Shown piece after piece: positions 10,346 through 19,825 of a DNA stretch of 64,000 nt (position 1 is its first letter; every line of letters starts with the position of its first letter). Both the position numbers and the translations under genes were made by a program. The stretch comes from Negativicutes bacterium (GTDB lineage: Bacteria > Bacillota > Negativicutes > UBA1444), in assembly GCA_963665275.2 (NCBI GenBank), contig CAXXIN010000007.1:96001-160000 (forward strand). Direction: 5' to 3'. The notes beneath the pieces are model-generated. The model saw only the letters and a list, made by a program, of their open reading frames with translations, was not told the DNA's origin and ran no database searches.

Positions 10346-11590
10346 TTATTTTAGCATGGTTGCAGCCGGGTTGACCATGCGCCCCTGGAACAGGATCGAA
10401 CCGGTTGCATTGTGACGGATGAAGAAGAGGAACGGTCGGTCGGCCTTGAATTCCGGTCTGAACTGAACGGACTTCGTCCCTACGATAACGGCGGTGGCCG
10501 CTGCCGCTTCGCTGCCTGCTTCGTTCACTTCGATCACGGCTTTGTGAATCACCTTGGTGATGTACAGATCCTTGTAGCCGGAGATGCCGGAGAAATCGGC
10601 GGGCGGCAACTCGAAGGCATCCGACATACCCATGCCGGAAAGAACGTCTTGCAACTGATATTCGGCTTCAAATTTGAATTTTGGCAGGAAAACATCCAGC
10701 TCCACTTCATTTGTTTTCGCCAACCAACCATTCAGGCTATTGGCATCGAGCTTTGGTTCCAACTCCGCCAAAGTAGTGGCAGGCAGCACGACGACCATTG
10801 ACAGATCGCCGCCGACATAGGGCATCTCCAGAACCTTCAACCCGTCAATATCCGCGTAACGGAAATTGCCAAATTGATGCATCATCGGTGCCTCCACCGT
10901 TTCATCCGCCCGGATATGGAACGGGGCCGGTTTCGTCCGTTCTTCTTTGAACTTTGTTGCCCAATCTCCTTTGAAATAGATCGCATTCGTCAGTACCAAA
11001 CGAGTGTAAGTCGTTAGTGACCCTTGCGGAATCAGGTTTTTGATCTTATCGTTGGTGTTTTGTTCCACCCAGCGGTTGATCGTCCCCCGGCTCGCTTCTG
11101 TCGCTCCGGCGAAGTCAACCGTATTAAATCCGCCATTATAATATTTCTGGACCAGCGCCAGAAATTCAGGCTGAAATGCATATCCCTGCTGTCCCCACAA
11201 CGCGTTCGCGACCTCCAGCCGGTACCCTTTATTATGGGAATTGAGCGCAGCAGTCAAATCGCCAAAAGCCGCATGCAAGGCTGGTGACGGCAGATTGAAA
11301 TGCATCGTCCCTGCCATTTGCTGCGCCGTATTTCCCCTCGCGCCGGCGTAAGTCATGGCCAGTGCCGTGGAAATGCTGAACGGCGAAAAAAACATGTTTT
11401 TGTCAGCAGCCGATTCACTGATTTTTTGGTGCAGCTCCATGGCAAATTGCGAATTACCGCTCACGACTGCCTGTAGGTTCGGATTCTCGTTCGTCGCCGA
11501 GGCTGCGGCACTCCCGGAAAATCCTCCAATGGCTAGCTGCGTCAAAAGGAATACTGCGACCAAAATCCCTGCCGTCATCTTTTGTTTCAT
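10346..11590 (-). CDS. Secreted serpin (serine protease inhibitor)
   Basis: NMFFSPFSI, NAIYFKGDW, hinge EAGSEAAAATAV, FKADRPFLF; hydrophobic signal peptide; SD GAGGAGG before ATG 11590. Confidence 0.95.
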   Translation of the reverse strand: MKQKMTAGILVAVFLLTQLAIGGFSGSAAASATNENPNLQAVVSGNSQFAMELHQKISESAADKNMFFSPFSISTALAMTYAGARGNTAQQMAGTMHFNLPSPALHAAFGDLTAALNSHNKGYRLEVANALWGQQGYAFQPEFLALVQKYYNGGFNTVDFAGATEASRGTINRWVEQNTNDKIKNLIPQGSLTTYTRLVLTNAIYFKGDWATKFKEERTKPAPFHIRADETVEAPMMHQFGNFRYADIDGLKVLEMPYVGGDLSMVVVLPATTLAELEPKLDANSLNGWLAKTNEVELDVFLPKFKFEAEYQLQDVLSGMGMSDAFELPPADFSGISGYKDLYITKVIHKAVIEVNEAGSEAAAATAVIVGTKSVQFRPEFKADRPFLFFIRHNATGSILFQGRMVNPAATMLK

Positions 11591-11661
11591 CTCATCTGCC
11601 TCCTCAACTTTGTGTTTCTCGTGTATATCTCTATTAACGTAGAAATTCACTTTTGGTAACG

Positions 11662-12828
11662 TCAGGAAGCAGATTTATTTATGTGATAATAATACCATTT
11701 GCTGAGCAATATTTTCGCAGAAGCTGCCACAGGCACGGCAGTCAACATCCCGACCAGCCCGCCCAGATTGCCGCCAATCAAAATGGCCAGCATAATGAAC
11801 ACCGGATGCAAGCCCACACTATCGCCAATAATTTTCGGCGCCAATAAATTATTATCCACCTGTTGCACTCCGAGCATTCCCACGATCGCCCACAAAGCCA
11901 GGATCGGTTCGCCGCTCAACAGCGCCATGATGACTGCTAGCACGGTTCCGGCCAGAGGGCCTATATAGGGAATCATATTGCAAATTCCGGCGATAATCCC
12001 GATCATCAACGCATAATCGATCCCAATAATGTACAGTACGGCCGCTGATAATACGCCTACAATGGCCGCTTCCAACAATTGTCCCTTGATGTATTTTTTG
12101 AAGGTATCATCGATGATCCAGAGTATTTCATTTATTTTACTCCCAGTAGTGCTGTTGCCGAACATAAGGGTAAACAACTTGTTCCACAAGCTGGCAAAGT
12201 ACTCCGAATCCTTTATTAAATAGATGCTCAACACGGCGCCGATAAAAAAGGAGGCCGTATTGCTGCCGATGGAAATCAAAAAATTGGTCGTCCCACCGAG
12301 GACGGTATAGAAATATTCCTGCACATTGCTCACGATTTGAGCAATTTTTTCGTTTAAATTCCCTGGTATTGGAATGTTCAAACTTTGCAATTTTTCACTG
12401 ACAGCATTCACTGACAAGGTAGATTTCTTCACATAGTCCATGAGATAGTCCGTCACCGCGACAACGCTGGTGTTATTGGAAAGTTTACCACCAACCATAA
12501 CATAAATTCCAATGAGAAGAGCCAGGAAAATCGAGATCACCAATGTGTACATCATTATGATTCCAACAATTCTTCTGGAAGCCACCTGGCTAAATATGTT
12601 TCTCTTAGTCAAGAAGTTCTCGATTCCCTGCACCCCTGGCTGCAATAAATACGCGATGACCAAGGCAAACAAAAACGGAGTCACCAAATCAACCAGCGTC
12701 CCCAGGATGCTGGATACCACGGAAAATATGCCAACGATGTGGTTAATCGTGGTAATTCCTAGGTAAATCAGCAACACGGTCCCTGTGGTATATAAAGAGT
12801 ATTGCAATAACTTTTTATCTATTCTCAT
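11662..12828 (-). CDS. AI-2E family transporter
   Basis: YIKGQLL, NMIPYIGP, QQVDNNLLAPKIIG, GLHP motifs; polytopic membrane protein. Confidence 0.9.
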   Translation of the reverse strand: MRIDKKLLQYSLYTTGTVLLIYLGITTINHIVGIFSVVSSILGTLVDLVTPFLFALVIAYLLQPGVQGIENFLTKRNIFSQVASRRIVGIIMMYTLVISIFLALLIGIYVMVGGKLSNNTSVVAVTDYLMDYVKKSTLSVNAVSEKLQSLNIPIPGNLNEKIAQIVSNVQEYFYTVLGGTTNFLISIGSNTASFFIGAVLSIYLIKDSEYFASLWNKLFTLMFGNSTTGSKINEILWIIDDTFKKYIKGQLLEAAIVGVLSAAVLYIIGIDYALMIGIIAGICNMIPYIGPLAGTVLAVIMALLSGEPILALWAIVGMLGVQQVDNNLLAPKIIGDSVGLHPVFIMLAILIGGNLGGLVGMLTAVPVAASAKILLSKWYYYHINKSAS

Positions 12829-12921
12829 CTCTTTCGTAACCTTCCTTGCTCCCTAGAATAGCCTCTTAATTTAGGCTTTTCGCCAACTTCTGCGCCCTGC
12901 GCCGCTCCCTGTTTGTTCCCC

Positions 12922-14283
12922 TCATGAACCCATCAAAAGGGATCCTACCTGTTCTATGTAGCGGGCGATGTTAAATTTCCTTTTGAGCCCCTTGTCGTTC
13001 ATATAGCGGATTTTGCCAAAAATTGGCCGTTCGCCCCAGGCGCGATCATGCACTCCGCCGATGCTCCAGGCGATCCCCGCGTAGCCGTTCGGATCGCGTC
13101 CATCCAATTCATATTTGTCATTCAGGTAAATGGCGGTTTTCATCGCAGCCGAGGGATTAGCCGACCATTCCAGAATTTTTTTCGCCCAATACATCCGCAT
13201 ATACCCGTGCATTTTGCCGGTAACCAGCAGTTGCCGCTGCGCAGCGTTCCAGATCACGTCATGGGTGCGGGCCTGCTCGAATTCCTCGCGGCTATAGACA
13301 TATTCCCGGACATCGTCCAGATGTTCCGCCAGCGTTTGCTGGGCCCAGGCATGAAAACCACCCGGGTCATCATAGCGGGAATTGTAAAAGCAGAAGTTAT
13401 CGGCCAGTTCTCGCCGGACAAAGAGTTCTTCGAGGAAGGATTCAGTGGCAGGCGTTTTTTCAACCCGGCGCAAAATGTTGATCATCACCCTCTGAGCAGA
13501 GAGCTGTCCGAAGTGCAAATAAGGGGAGAGCTGAGACTGCCTATCTTGGGTGGGGTCATTGCTTAGCGTGTCGTAAAAAGGCAGACTGTTCTCGATGAAC
13601 GAACTGAGACGACCCATGGCCGCCACACTTCCCGGTGTCAGCCAGGAAACCTCCCTGACGCTGTGATCAATCTTCAACGAGGCAAGCAATGACTCAATCT
13701 CCGGGAAAGGTTCCACGGCAATTCCCGGGTAGGGATGCGACAGGACTTCAGGGAACTCCTGCAAGAATTCGGGAAGCAGCCTGTTGAGTTTGGGACGAAG
13801 AGTGTAGGCGGCAAATTCGGCTTTCGGAGAAGCAACCCAACAGGGAACGATATTGTGGGCATCGACTTCATGGCAAGGGATATCGATAGCGGCGAGCACT
13901 TGGGCTTTCCATTCCTGCTTGATTCGCAGCGGATCAAAATCAGTGACGAGCAGCCCAGCTTGCTGCTGCGAAAGCCACCGGGGAATAGTTTCATGCGGCT
14001 GCCCCCGCAGCAGAGTGCAGGAAATATGCTTCAGTCCGAGCGCGGCAAAGGTTGCCGACAGCCCGCGCAGCATGAACCCATATTGGCGCACGGTGGCCTC
14101 CAGAAAATCCGGCACGAGGCAAAAGATGACCTGAAGCGGTTGCTTGCTTTCCAGTGCAAGTTGCTGGGCATGGTGCAGCGCCCAGTTGTCCTCGGCGCGT
14201 TGATCCCGGCTCATCCAGTAGACAACCGGCCCAACGGTGGTTGGGGAGCTGTTTTTGAGGATGCGAAAACGCTGTTTGTTCAT
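12922..14283 (-). CDS. phr: Class II CPD DNA photolyase
   Basis: YWMSRDQRAEDNWAL, SQLSPYLHFGQ, VRRELADNF, MHGYMRMYWAKK, DGRDPNGY, IFGKIRYMN. Confidence 0.95.
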   Translation of the reverse strand: MNKQRFRILKNSSPTTVGPVVYWMSRDQRAEDNWALHHAQQLALESKQPLQVIFCLVPDFLEATVRQYGFMLRGLSATFAALGLKHISCTLLRGQPHETIPRWLSQQQAGLLVTDFDPLRIKQEWKAQVLAAIDIPCHEVDAHNIVPCWVASPKAEFAAYTLRPKLNRLLPEFLQEFPEVLSHPYPGIAVEPFPEIESLLASLKIDHSVREVSWLTPGSVAAMGRLSSFIENSLPFYDTLSNDPTQDRQSQLSPYLHFGQLSAQRVMINILRRVEKTPATESFLEELFVRRELADNFCFYNSRYDDPGGFHAWAQQTLAEHLDDVREYVYSREEFEQARTHDVIWNAAQRQLLVTGKMHGYMRMYWAKKILEWSANPSAAMKTAIYLNDKYELDGRDPNGYAGIAWSIGGVHDRAWGERPIFGKIRYMNDKGLKRKFNIARYIEQVGSLLMGS

Positions 14284-15143
14284 GGTCCGGTTTCAATCCG
14301 GACATTAACCGTCAACCCCGGTTGCAGCAATCCGGCGGGTGGCTTGACGAGATTAATATGAGCCAGAAAAGAGACCAGGGCATTGTCCTTCACTTCCGGG
14401 AAAATGCCTGCCACCTCCCCTTTGACAGTGACGCCGGAAACTTCGACAGACACCGGGGTGCCGGGTTGCACCCTGTAAAGTTCCTGTTGTTCCAGCGGAA
14501 CGACCGCCGCCAGAGTTTCGCCGCTGCCCAGAGACAGCAGGCGTTGGCCGGACTGCACCGCCTGATCTGCTGTTGCCGCCAGATCAGTGACCACTCCTGC
14601 AATCGGCGCAACGGTGATCACTGGGCCGGCAGGAACGCCGGGCCCAGGGTTCGAATTGGAGGACGCTGCACCCAACCGCTTTTCGGCATTTTCCAGCTCT
14701 CTGCGCGAAATAATCCCCTGCTCATACAGTTTTTGCAAACGGTTGTAGTCTCTGGCAGCCGTCTCATTGGTTGGGAGTGACGCCGCAGCGCCCGTCGTTT
14801 TCTGAACGGCCGAGGCCTCCAGCTTGAACAAAGGCTGACCGGCCTTTATCGTTTCGCCTTCTTTGACATAGACTTCACTGACTCGCCCATCAAAGCCGCT
14901 ATTGATTGGCAGGCGTGTGGCGTGCACAATGTGTCCCGCCCGCACAATCCCAGTCGTTGTATCGCCCTTATCCATTGGCACGGCAGGGGCTTCCACGGTT
15001 GGTGGTGTAACATCCGGTTCGGCCCGGAAGTCTGGTCGGACAACGATCGCCAGGAATACGCCCAGCGTAAGCACGGATAAGGCGACAGCCTTGCGATGTT
15101 GCCGGATAAAATTTCTCACAGTTTTCATCTCCAATAATCCCAC
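14280..15143 (-). CDS. HlyD/MFP-family efflux periplasmic adaptor
   Basis: N-terminal TM segment, lipoyl half-motifs GRVSEVYVKEGETIKAGQPL and APIAGVV, LQPGLTVNVRI. Confidence 0.8.
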   Translation of the reverse strand: MGLLEMKTVRNFIRQHRKAVALSVLTLGVFLAIVVRPDFRAEPDVTPPTVEAPAVPMDKGDTTTGIVRAGHIVHATRLPINSGFDGRVSEVYVKEGETIKAGQPLFKLEASAVQKTTGAAASLPTNETAARDYNRLQKLYEQGIISRRELENAEKRLGAASSNSNPGPGVPAGPVITVAPIAGVVTDLAATADQAVQSGQRLLSLGSGETLAAVVPLEQQELYRVQPGTPVSVEVSGVTVKGEVAGIFPEVKDNALVSFLAHINLVKPPAGLLQPGLTVNVRIETGP

Positions 15144-15302
15144 TGCGAATCACGCAGTATCAATATCATATTCTCATCTTTCATTTTTGCGGTCAAGTAT
15201 TAAGCCCCACAAGCGCTCGTGGCCGATGCAACCAAGAAATAAATTTAAATCTGCGGTATAATAAACAAATGACCATTTTATTTCACTGGAGGAAGTATCG
15301 TA

Positions 15303-15902
15303 ATGCCAATTTCTAAAGCAAGGCGGATGTTGCTGCCGACCGCGTTGATTGTATGCTCGGTCGCGCTTATGCTGAATTATCTCCCCACCCATACCACCTA
15401 CGCGGTTGCGCCAACCCAGTCGGCACAGACACAGACTAACGACATTGCTCTCGCGCAAGTGAAAGAAGCTGCAGCCAAAAAGGCAGAGAAACTGGCCGTC
15501 ACGCCATCCATCTGGCCAGTTAGTGGGCCCGTCACTTCCGGTTTTGGCGGACGCACCTCGCCATTCGGCAACGGCAGCGAGTCTCATCCCGGCGTAGATA
15601 TCGCAATCGAGACAGGCGCCCCCGTCGTTGCGACAGCTGACGGACGGGTCTTGCAGAGTGGTCCTGCCGGCGGGTACGGCAATTTGGTGCAAATCGATCA
15701 CGGCAATGGGATCGCAACTTTGTATGGGCATAATTCGCAGCTTGCCGTCAAAGTCGGCCAAACTGTGAAAAAAGGTCAGGTAATCGCATATGCCGGCAGT
15801 ACCGGCCTAAGCACCGGCCCACATGTTCATTATGAAGTCAGGGAAAATGACGCAGCCGTGGACCCGTGGAAATATCTGATTTCCAACACCCAACACGTAT
15901 AA
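15303..15902 (+). CDS. M23 family metallopeptidase
   Basis: HPGVD (HxxxD), YGH, GSTGLSTGPHVHYEV. Confidence 0.93.
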   Translation: MPISKARRMLLPTALIVCSVALMLNYLPTHTTYAVAPTQSAQTQTNDIALAQVKEAAAKKAEKLAVTPSIWPVSGPVTSGFGGRTSPFGNGSESHPGVDIAIETGAPVVATADGRVLQSGPAGGYGNLVQIDHGNGIATLYGHNSQLAVKVGQTVKKGQVIAYAGSTGLSTGPHVHYEVRENDAAVDPWKYLISNTQHV

Positions 15903-15927
15903 AAACAAGTAACGTTACCGCTCATAT

Positions 15928-15969
15928 AAAGAGGCTCTTCGGACAAAAGCTGATCCGAAGAGCCTCTTT
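15928..15969. terminator. Bidirectional intrinsic terminator
   Basis: AAAGAGGCTCTTCGGA...TCCGAAGAGCCTCTTT between convergent genes. Confidence 0.75.
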
Positions 15970-16002
15970 AGTTTATCGCAGCAATTTTCGCCTATTACCG
16001 CT

Positions 16003-17106
16003 CTACATAGCCATCTTGTTAAGCTCAACTACAGCGTCTTCGCCAAATACGCGTACGATTTCGACAGTAGGATAATCATGCAGATCAACGACTATTTTTT
16101 TGCCGAAGGGGGTGCGGTTCTTATCCAACATCAAGCGAAGCACAGGCCGATTCTGCATGCCATAAAACACCTTGGTCACAACGCCGATCTGGCCGCTCGA
16201 CAATTCAACCACACTCCCGATCGAATAGATGGCAACTCGTGTGAGAAATGCCGTTAGCACTTCCACATCAAACTGTTTGCCCATTCCTTCGGCCAAGAGC
16301 ATTGCCGCCTCATGCGGAAACAGACCTCGATGATAAGGACGGTCGGAAGTTACAGCATCGTAGACATCAGCAACCGCAACAATTTTAGAATACTCGTGGA
16401 TCTCTGCGCTCACTATTTGACGGGGATAACCGGTTCCGTCCGGTTTTTCCTGGTGCTGAAACGCCATAAGGATCGACTTTCGGGAAATGATATGAGACGC
16501 AGTGTTTCGCAAAATTTCATATCCAAGTTCCGCGTGCGTCTGCATGATCTTGTATTCATCGGCGGTCAATTTTGCGGGCTTGTTCAATATATCCGTCGTA
16601 ATTTTCATTTTCCCCACATCATGGAGCAACCCGCCCAAAGCAATTTCGAGAAGCTTTGTTCGGGGGTATTTCAGCGCAACACCGATTAAGACGCAGAGAA
16701 CCGAAACATTGACCGAATGTCCAAAAGTGAATTCATTGTGTGAGCGAATATCAGTCAACTGCACCATCGCTTGAGCGTTGGTCCCTACCTCATCGACAAT
16801 TTTCTCCGCAAGGGTGACAAATTGCGCCGGGTTCCATCTACGATTCTCCCGAATAGCCAGAAACTGCTGTTGAACCGCCTGAATAAGCTTGACACGGGAA
16901 TTTTCAGAAATGATTTCAGGAGGAATGGCATCTTCGAAATAGGGGTTACGAACATATACAGAAAGTATACTGAAGTGAGCCAGCCGTTCAATATATCTCT
17001 GCGTCAGTTCAACATCTTCACCAATTAGGACGCGGCCATCTGCACTGAAAATATTCTTTGCAGTTACCATTCCCGGGCACAAGTGGGTCAGTGGAATCCG
17101 TTGCAC
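16003..17106 (-). CDS. HD-GYP c-di-GMP phosphodiesterase-like protein
   Basis: LLHDVGK, HQEKPDGTGYP, ADVYDA, RPY; GTG start at 17106 chosen from SD (ATG 17124 is an alternative). Confidence 0.9.
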   Translation of the reverse strand: MQRIPLTHLCPGMVTAKNIFSADGRVLIGEDVELTQRYIERLAHFSILSVYVRNPYFEDAIPPEIISENSRVKLIQAVQQQFLAIRENRRWNPAQFVTLAEKIVDEVGTNAQAMVQLTDIRSHNEFTFGHSVNVSVLCVLIGVALKYPRTKLLEIALGGLLHDVGKMKITTDILNKPAKLTADEYKIMQTHAELGYEILRNTASHIISRKSILMAFQHQEKPDGTGYPRQIVSAEIHEYSKIVAVADVYDAVTSDRPYHRGLFPHEAAMLLAEGMGKQFDVEVLTAFLTRVAIYSIGSVVELSSGQIGVVTKVFYGMQNRPVLRLMLDKNRTPFGKKIVVDLHDYPTVEIVRVFGEDAVVELNKMAM

Positions 17107-17282
17107 AGCCAAATCACCTTTCATTTCGAGCGGACGACATCCATCAAGGGATTTTCCGATATCTATATATTCCCCTCCGGGCTAAATATTCCTTCCGTAT
17201 AATTTAAATAAAAAAAGTATTTGACGTTAATCTTACAAGGCGCCGTAGACACGCAGAATGATTCAAATATTCCACCGCCGGT

Positions 17283-17314
17283 ACTACAATCCACGCGCCC
17301 GCACAGGGCGCGAG
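17283..17314 (-). repeat. Solitary degenerate CRISPR repeat
   Basis: ACTACAATCCACGCGCCCGCACAGGGCGCGAG matches the array repeat at 26/32 in the same orientation, with the stem intact. Confidence 0.85.
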
Positions 17315-17359
17315 GTATAACCATGTTTAGAAATCCGCGATAGATATGTAAGTCACACT

Positions 17360-19414
17360 TTAAGCCTTGGAGTACCGGCGCCTGAACAGTTCCCCGCTAT
17401 CAGTAATTCGTGTTCCCTGTCGACCGACTCCACTTTCCAGGAACCCGGCATTTGTCAATTTGGCGATCCGGCTGCGCAAGGCCTGTTCGGTGATCGCAGG
17501 ATGCTGCAATTGCAGATGATCGCATAGGCTTGAGCGGCCTATGCGTATTTTTTTTTGACCAGCTTCCGCGAAAACATTCAATATACTGATGTATAAGGTA
17601 ATATCCTCTGGTTGCAAGTCGATCGGGAATACGGCCGAACTCGCACGGCGATTATGGATTCGGCTAAAAACAGCTTTTTTGAATGCTGAGGGACTGTCGC
17701 TGATCACACCCGCATACTGAATAACATTGGATAACTCTCTGATGTTTCCCGGCCAGGAGTAGCGCCGCAAACAATCCAGCAATTCACTATCAATGCAGTT
17801 CCGGACTATATGGTATTCCTGCATAATGCTTTCCAGCAGAGCCGGGATATCTTCAGGACGGTCACGCAGCGGCGGTATATATAACGGAGCAACAAAAAGG
17901 CGATAAAACAAGTCTTGACGAAATTGGCCCTTTTCCACCATATCCTGCAAATCCTTATTGGTCGCCGCAATGATTCGAATATTGACGGGAATTACCCGCC
18001 CGCCACCGATCCGCATGAGCGCTCTTTCCTGAATGACTCGCAATAGCTTAGTCTGCGCCTCCAATGTGATATCGCCGATTTCATCCAGAAAAAGGGTTCC
18101 TTTGTCCGCCTGCTCAATCAGGCCCGACTTTCCCCCTTTTTTGGCTCCAGTAAATGCGCCATCCTCATAGCCGAACAATTCGCTTTCCAATAGCGTGGGA
18201 GACAATGCTGCGCAATTGACGGCGATAAACGGACCGCTTGCGCGCGGGGAATCGCTGTGGATCGAATGCGCAAACAGTTCTTTTCCCGTACCGTTCTCGC
18301 CATGAATCAGCACATTGAGATCACTGCCGGCTAGTTTGGCGGCAACGCCAATCACTTCTTTAATTGTTGACGAATCCCCTACAATGTGGTCAAAAGTATA
18401 TTGCGCGACGTAACCCCGCTTGCGCAGCGCCTGCCTCACTTCGGTTTCCATGCGCAGCACTTCCGTAACATTCCGCAGAGTGACAATCGCACTGATCTGC
18501 TGTCCTTCTACGTCTTCCAATGTCTGTATATCAACGTGGTAAGCCTGCTCCGCGATGGTAACGACACTTTTGTCCGGCTGCCACTCATATTCAAAAGATA
18601 TTGCCTCCTGCAACTCGGGGATGAGTTGTTGGAGCGGCTGTCCAATAACCTGACTCGACTGAAGCCCAAGGAATGCCTGGGCGGTATCATTGAGAAACCG
18701 GATGATAAAATCGGCATCAACAACGATCAAACAATCTGTTACGTTATTCAACACCACGCTCAACTGGCGATTGAGCAAATCGATGGATTTTGCGGATTTC
18801 AACATTCGTTGGCTGCGGTGGACAATTTCCTGCAAATACTGAATACTGATGGGAATATTCGTCTTCAGCGGCTCATTCAATTCATGAGCCAGTGCAACCA
18901 AGCTGGACAGTTCAATTTCGCGCACACCCAAATCGATGACTTTCGTCGCCCACGCGGGTATTTGTTCCGGTTCATCAAAAAGCAGGATCGTCGTAATGGA
19001 TGCACAGAGGTCATAATCATCGGTCAAAAACGAATGGATGGAAAAATGGGAAAATCCGATTTCTCCGAGTGTTTCCAATGCCTCCGTCGTGCCAATGGCA
19101 GTCTTCGTAACAAGCAGTGTCTTGCAACCCGCCGGCAACTCTACCAATTGATCAATAACGTCCAGTCGCAACGTGCGGTTTGCAATAAGCAGCGGAACCG
19201 TCGGATGGATAAAAGGGCTTAGCACTTCTCGCACAGCATTACAGGAAAGGAGCGCCAAATCAGCCATAATGGGAGAGCGTGGATTGTGGCGCAACTCATC
19301 GAACCAGTAGGGAGTTACCTCGATCGCATCGTTTGAAAACACCTGCCGGATCTGTTCTGCCATCACCTGACTGGACTTCTTTCCCGTTGCCAAAACCGCA
19401 ATGGATTTTTGCAT
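17360..19414 (-). CDS. Sigma54-dependent transcriptional activator (PAS + AAA+)
   Basis: GENGTGKE, ESELFG, GAFTGA, FLDEIG, RQDLFYRL, WPGNIREL; SD GGAGG before ATG 19414. Confidence 0.93.
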   Translation of the reverse strand: MQKSIAVLATGKKSSQVMAEQIRQVFSNDAIEVTPYWFDELRHNPRSPIMADLALLSCNAVREVLSPFIHPTVPLLIANRTLRLDVIDQLVELPAGCKTLLVTKTAIGTTEALETLGEIGFSHFSIHSFLTDDYDLCASITTILLFDEPEQIPAWATKVIDLGVREIELSSLVALAHELNEPLKTNIPISIQYLQEIVHRSQRMLKSAKSIDLLNRQLSVVLNNVTDCLIVVDADFIIRFLNDTAQAFLGLQSSQVIGQPLQQLIPELQEAISFEYEWQPDKSVVTIAEQAYHVDIQTLEDVEGQQISAIVTLRNVTEVLRMETEVRQALRKRGYVAQYTFDHIVGDSSTIKEVIGVAAKLAGSDLNVLIHGENGTGKELFAHSIHSDSPRASGPFIAVNCAALSPTLLESELFGYEDGAFTGAKKGGKSGLIEQADKGTLFLDEIGDITLEAQTKLLRVIQERALMRIGGGRVIPVNIRIIAATNKDLQDMVEKGQFRQDLFYRLFVAPLYIPPLRDRPEDIPALLESIMQEYHIVRNCIDSELLDCLRRYSWPGNIRELSNVIQYAGVISDSPSAFKKAVFSRIHNRRASSAVFPIDLQPEDITLYISILNVFAEAGQKKIRIGRSSLCDHLQLQHPAITEQALRSRIAKLTNAGFLESGVGRQGTRITDSGELFRRRYSKA

Positions 19415-19683
19415 CTTACAGTTCCTCCCGCTTATCCATAGCTTATCGTTACCGGCTGATTGCATTTATCCTATCACTTTGCTGTCAAAAATCAAAGCTA
19501 ACAGGTTGGCAAACATACACAATCGCACTAAAAACCAACCCGTAAACAAACCAGTTAACGAACCACCAGTCTTTCTTTCGGCAAATTATTACATCGTCCG
19601 CGGTTCGCAACGAAATTCCTCAGAAGCCAAATACCGGCTTCTCCTGTTGCTCGAGTCCAGATAACACGCTCCCCACGATAGGG

Positions 19684-19700
19684 TTGGCATAGTATTTGCA
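19684..19700 (+). promoter_or_regulatory. Sigma54 (-24/-12) promoter
   Basis: TTGGCATAGTATTTGCA with canonical GG/GC spacing, divergent from the activator gene. Confidence 0.85.
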
Positions 19701-19825
19701 TTACCAAATAATAAGCAGAGACGCTTTGAACCCAGAACTCTACTCCTTATACAGGAAAGAGACTCCGGTTTAAAGCGTCTTTTATATAGTACATCTGCGA
19801 TACACAAAAAAGGGAGGGATTGTCT

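Noticed and set aside
17218-17282. Second degenerate repeat forming a mini-array with the solitary repeat
   Set aside because: Only weak GTT-AATC similarity and no stem
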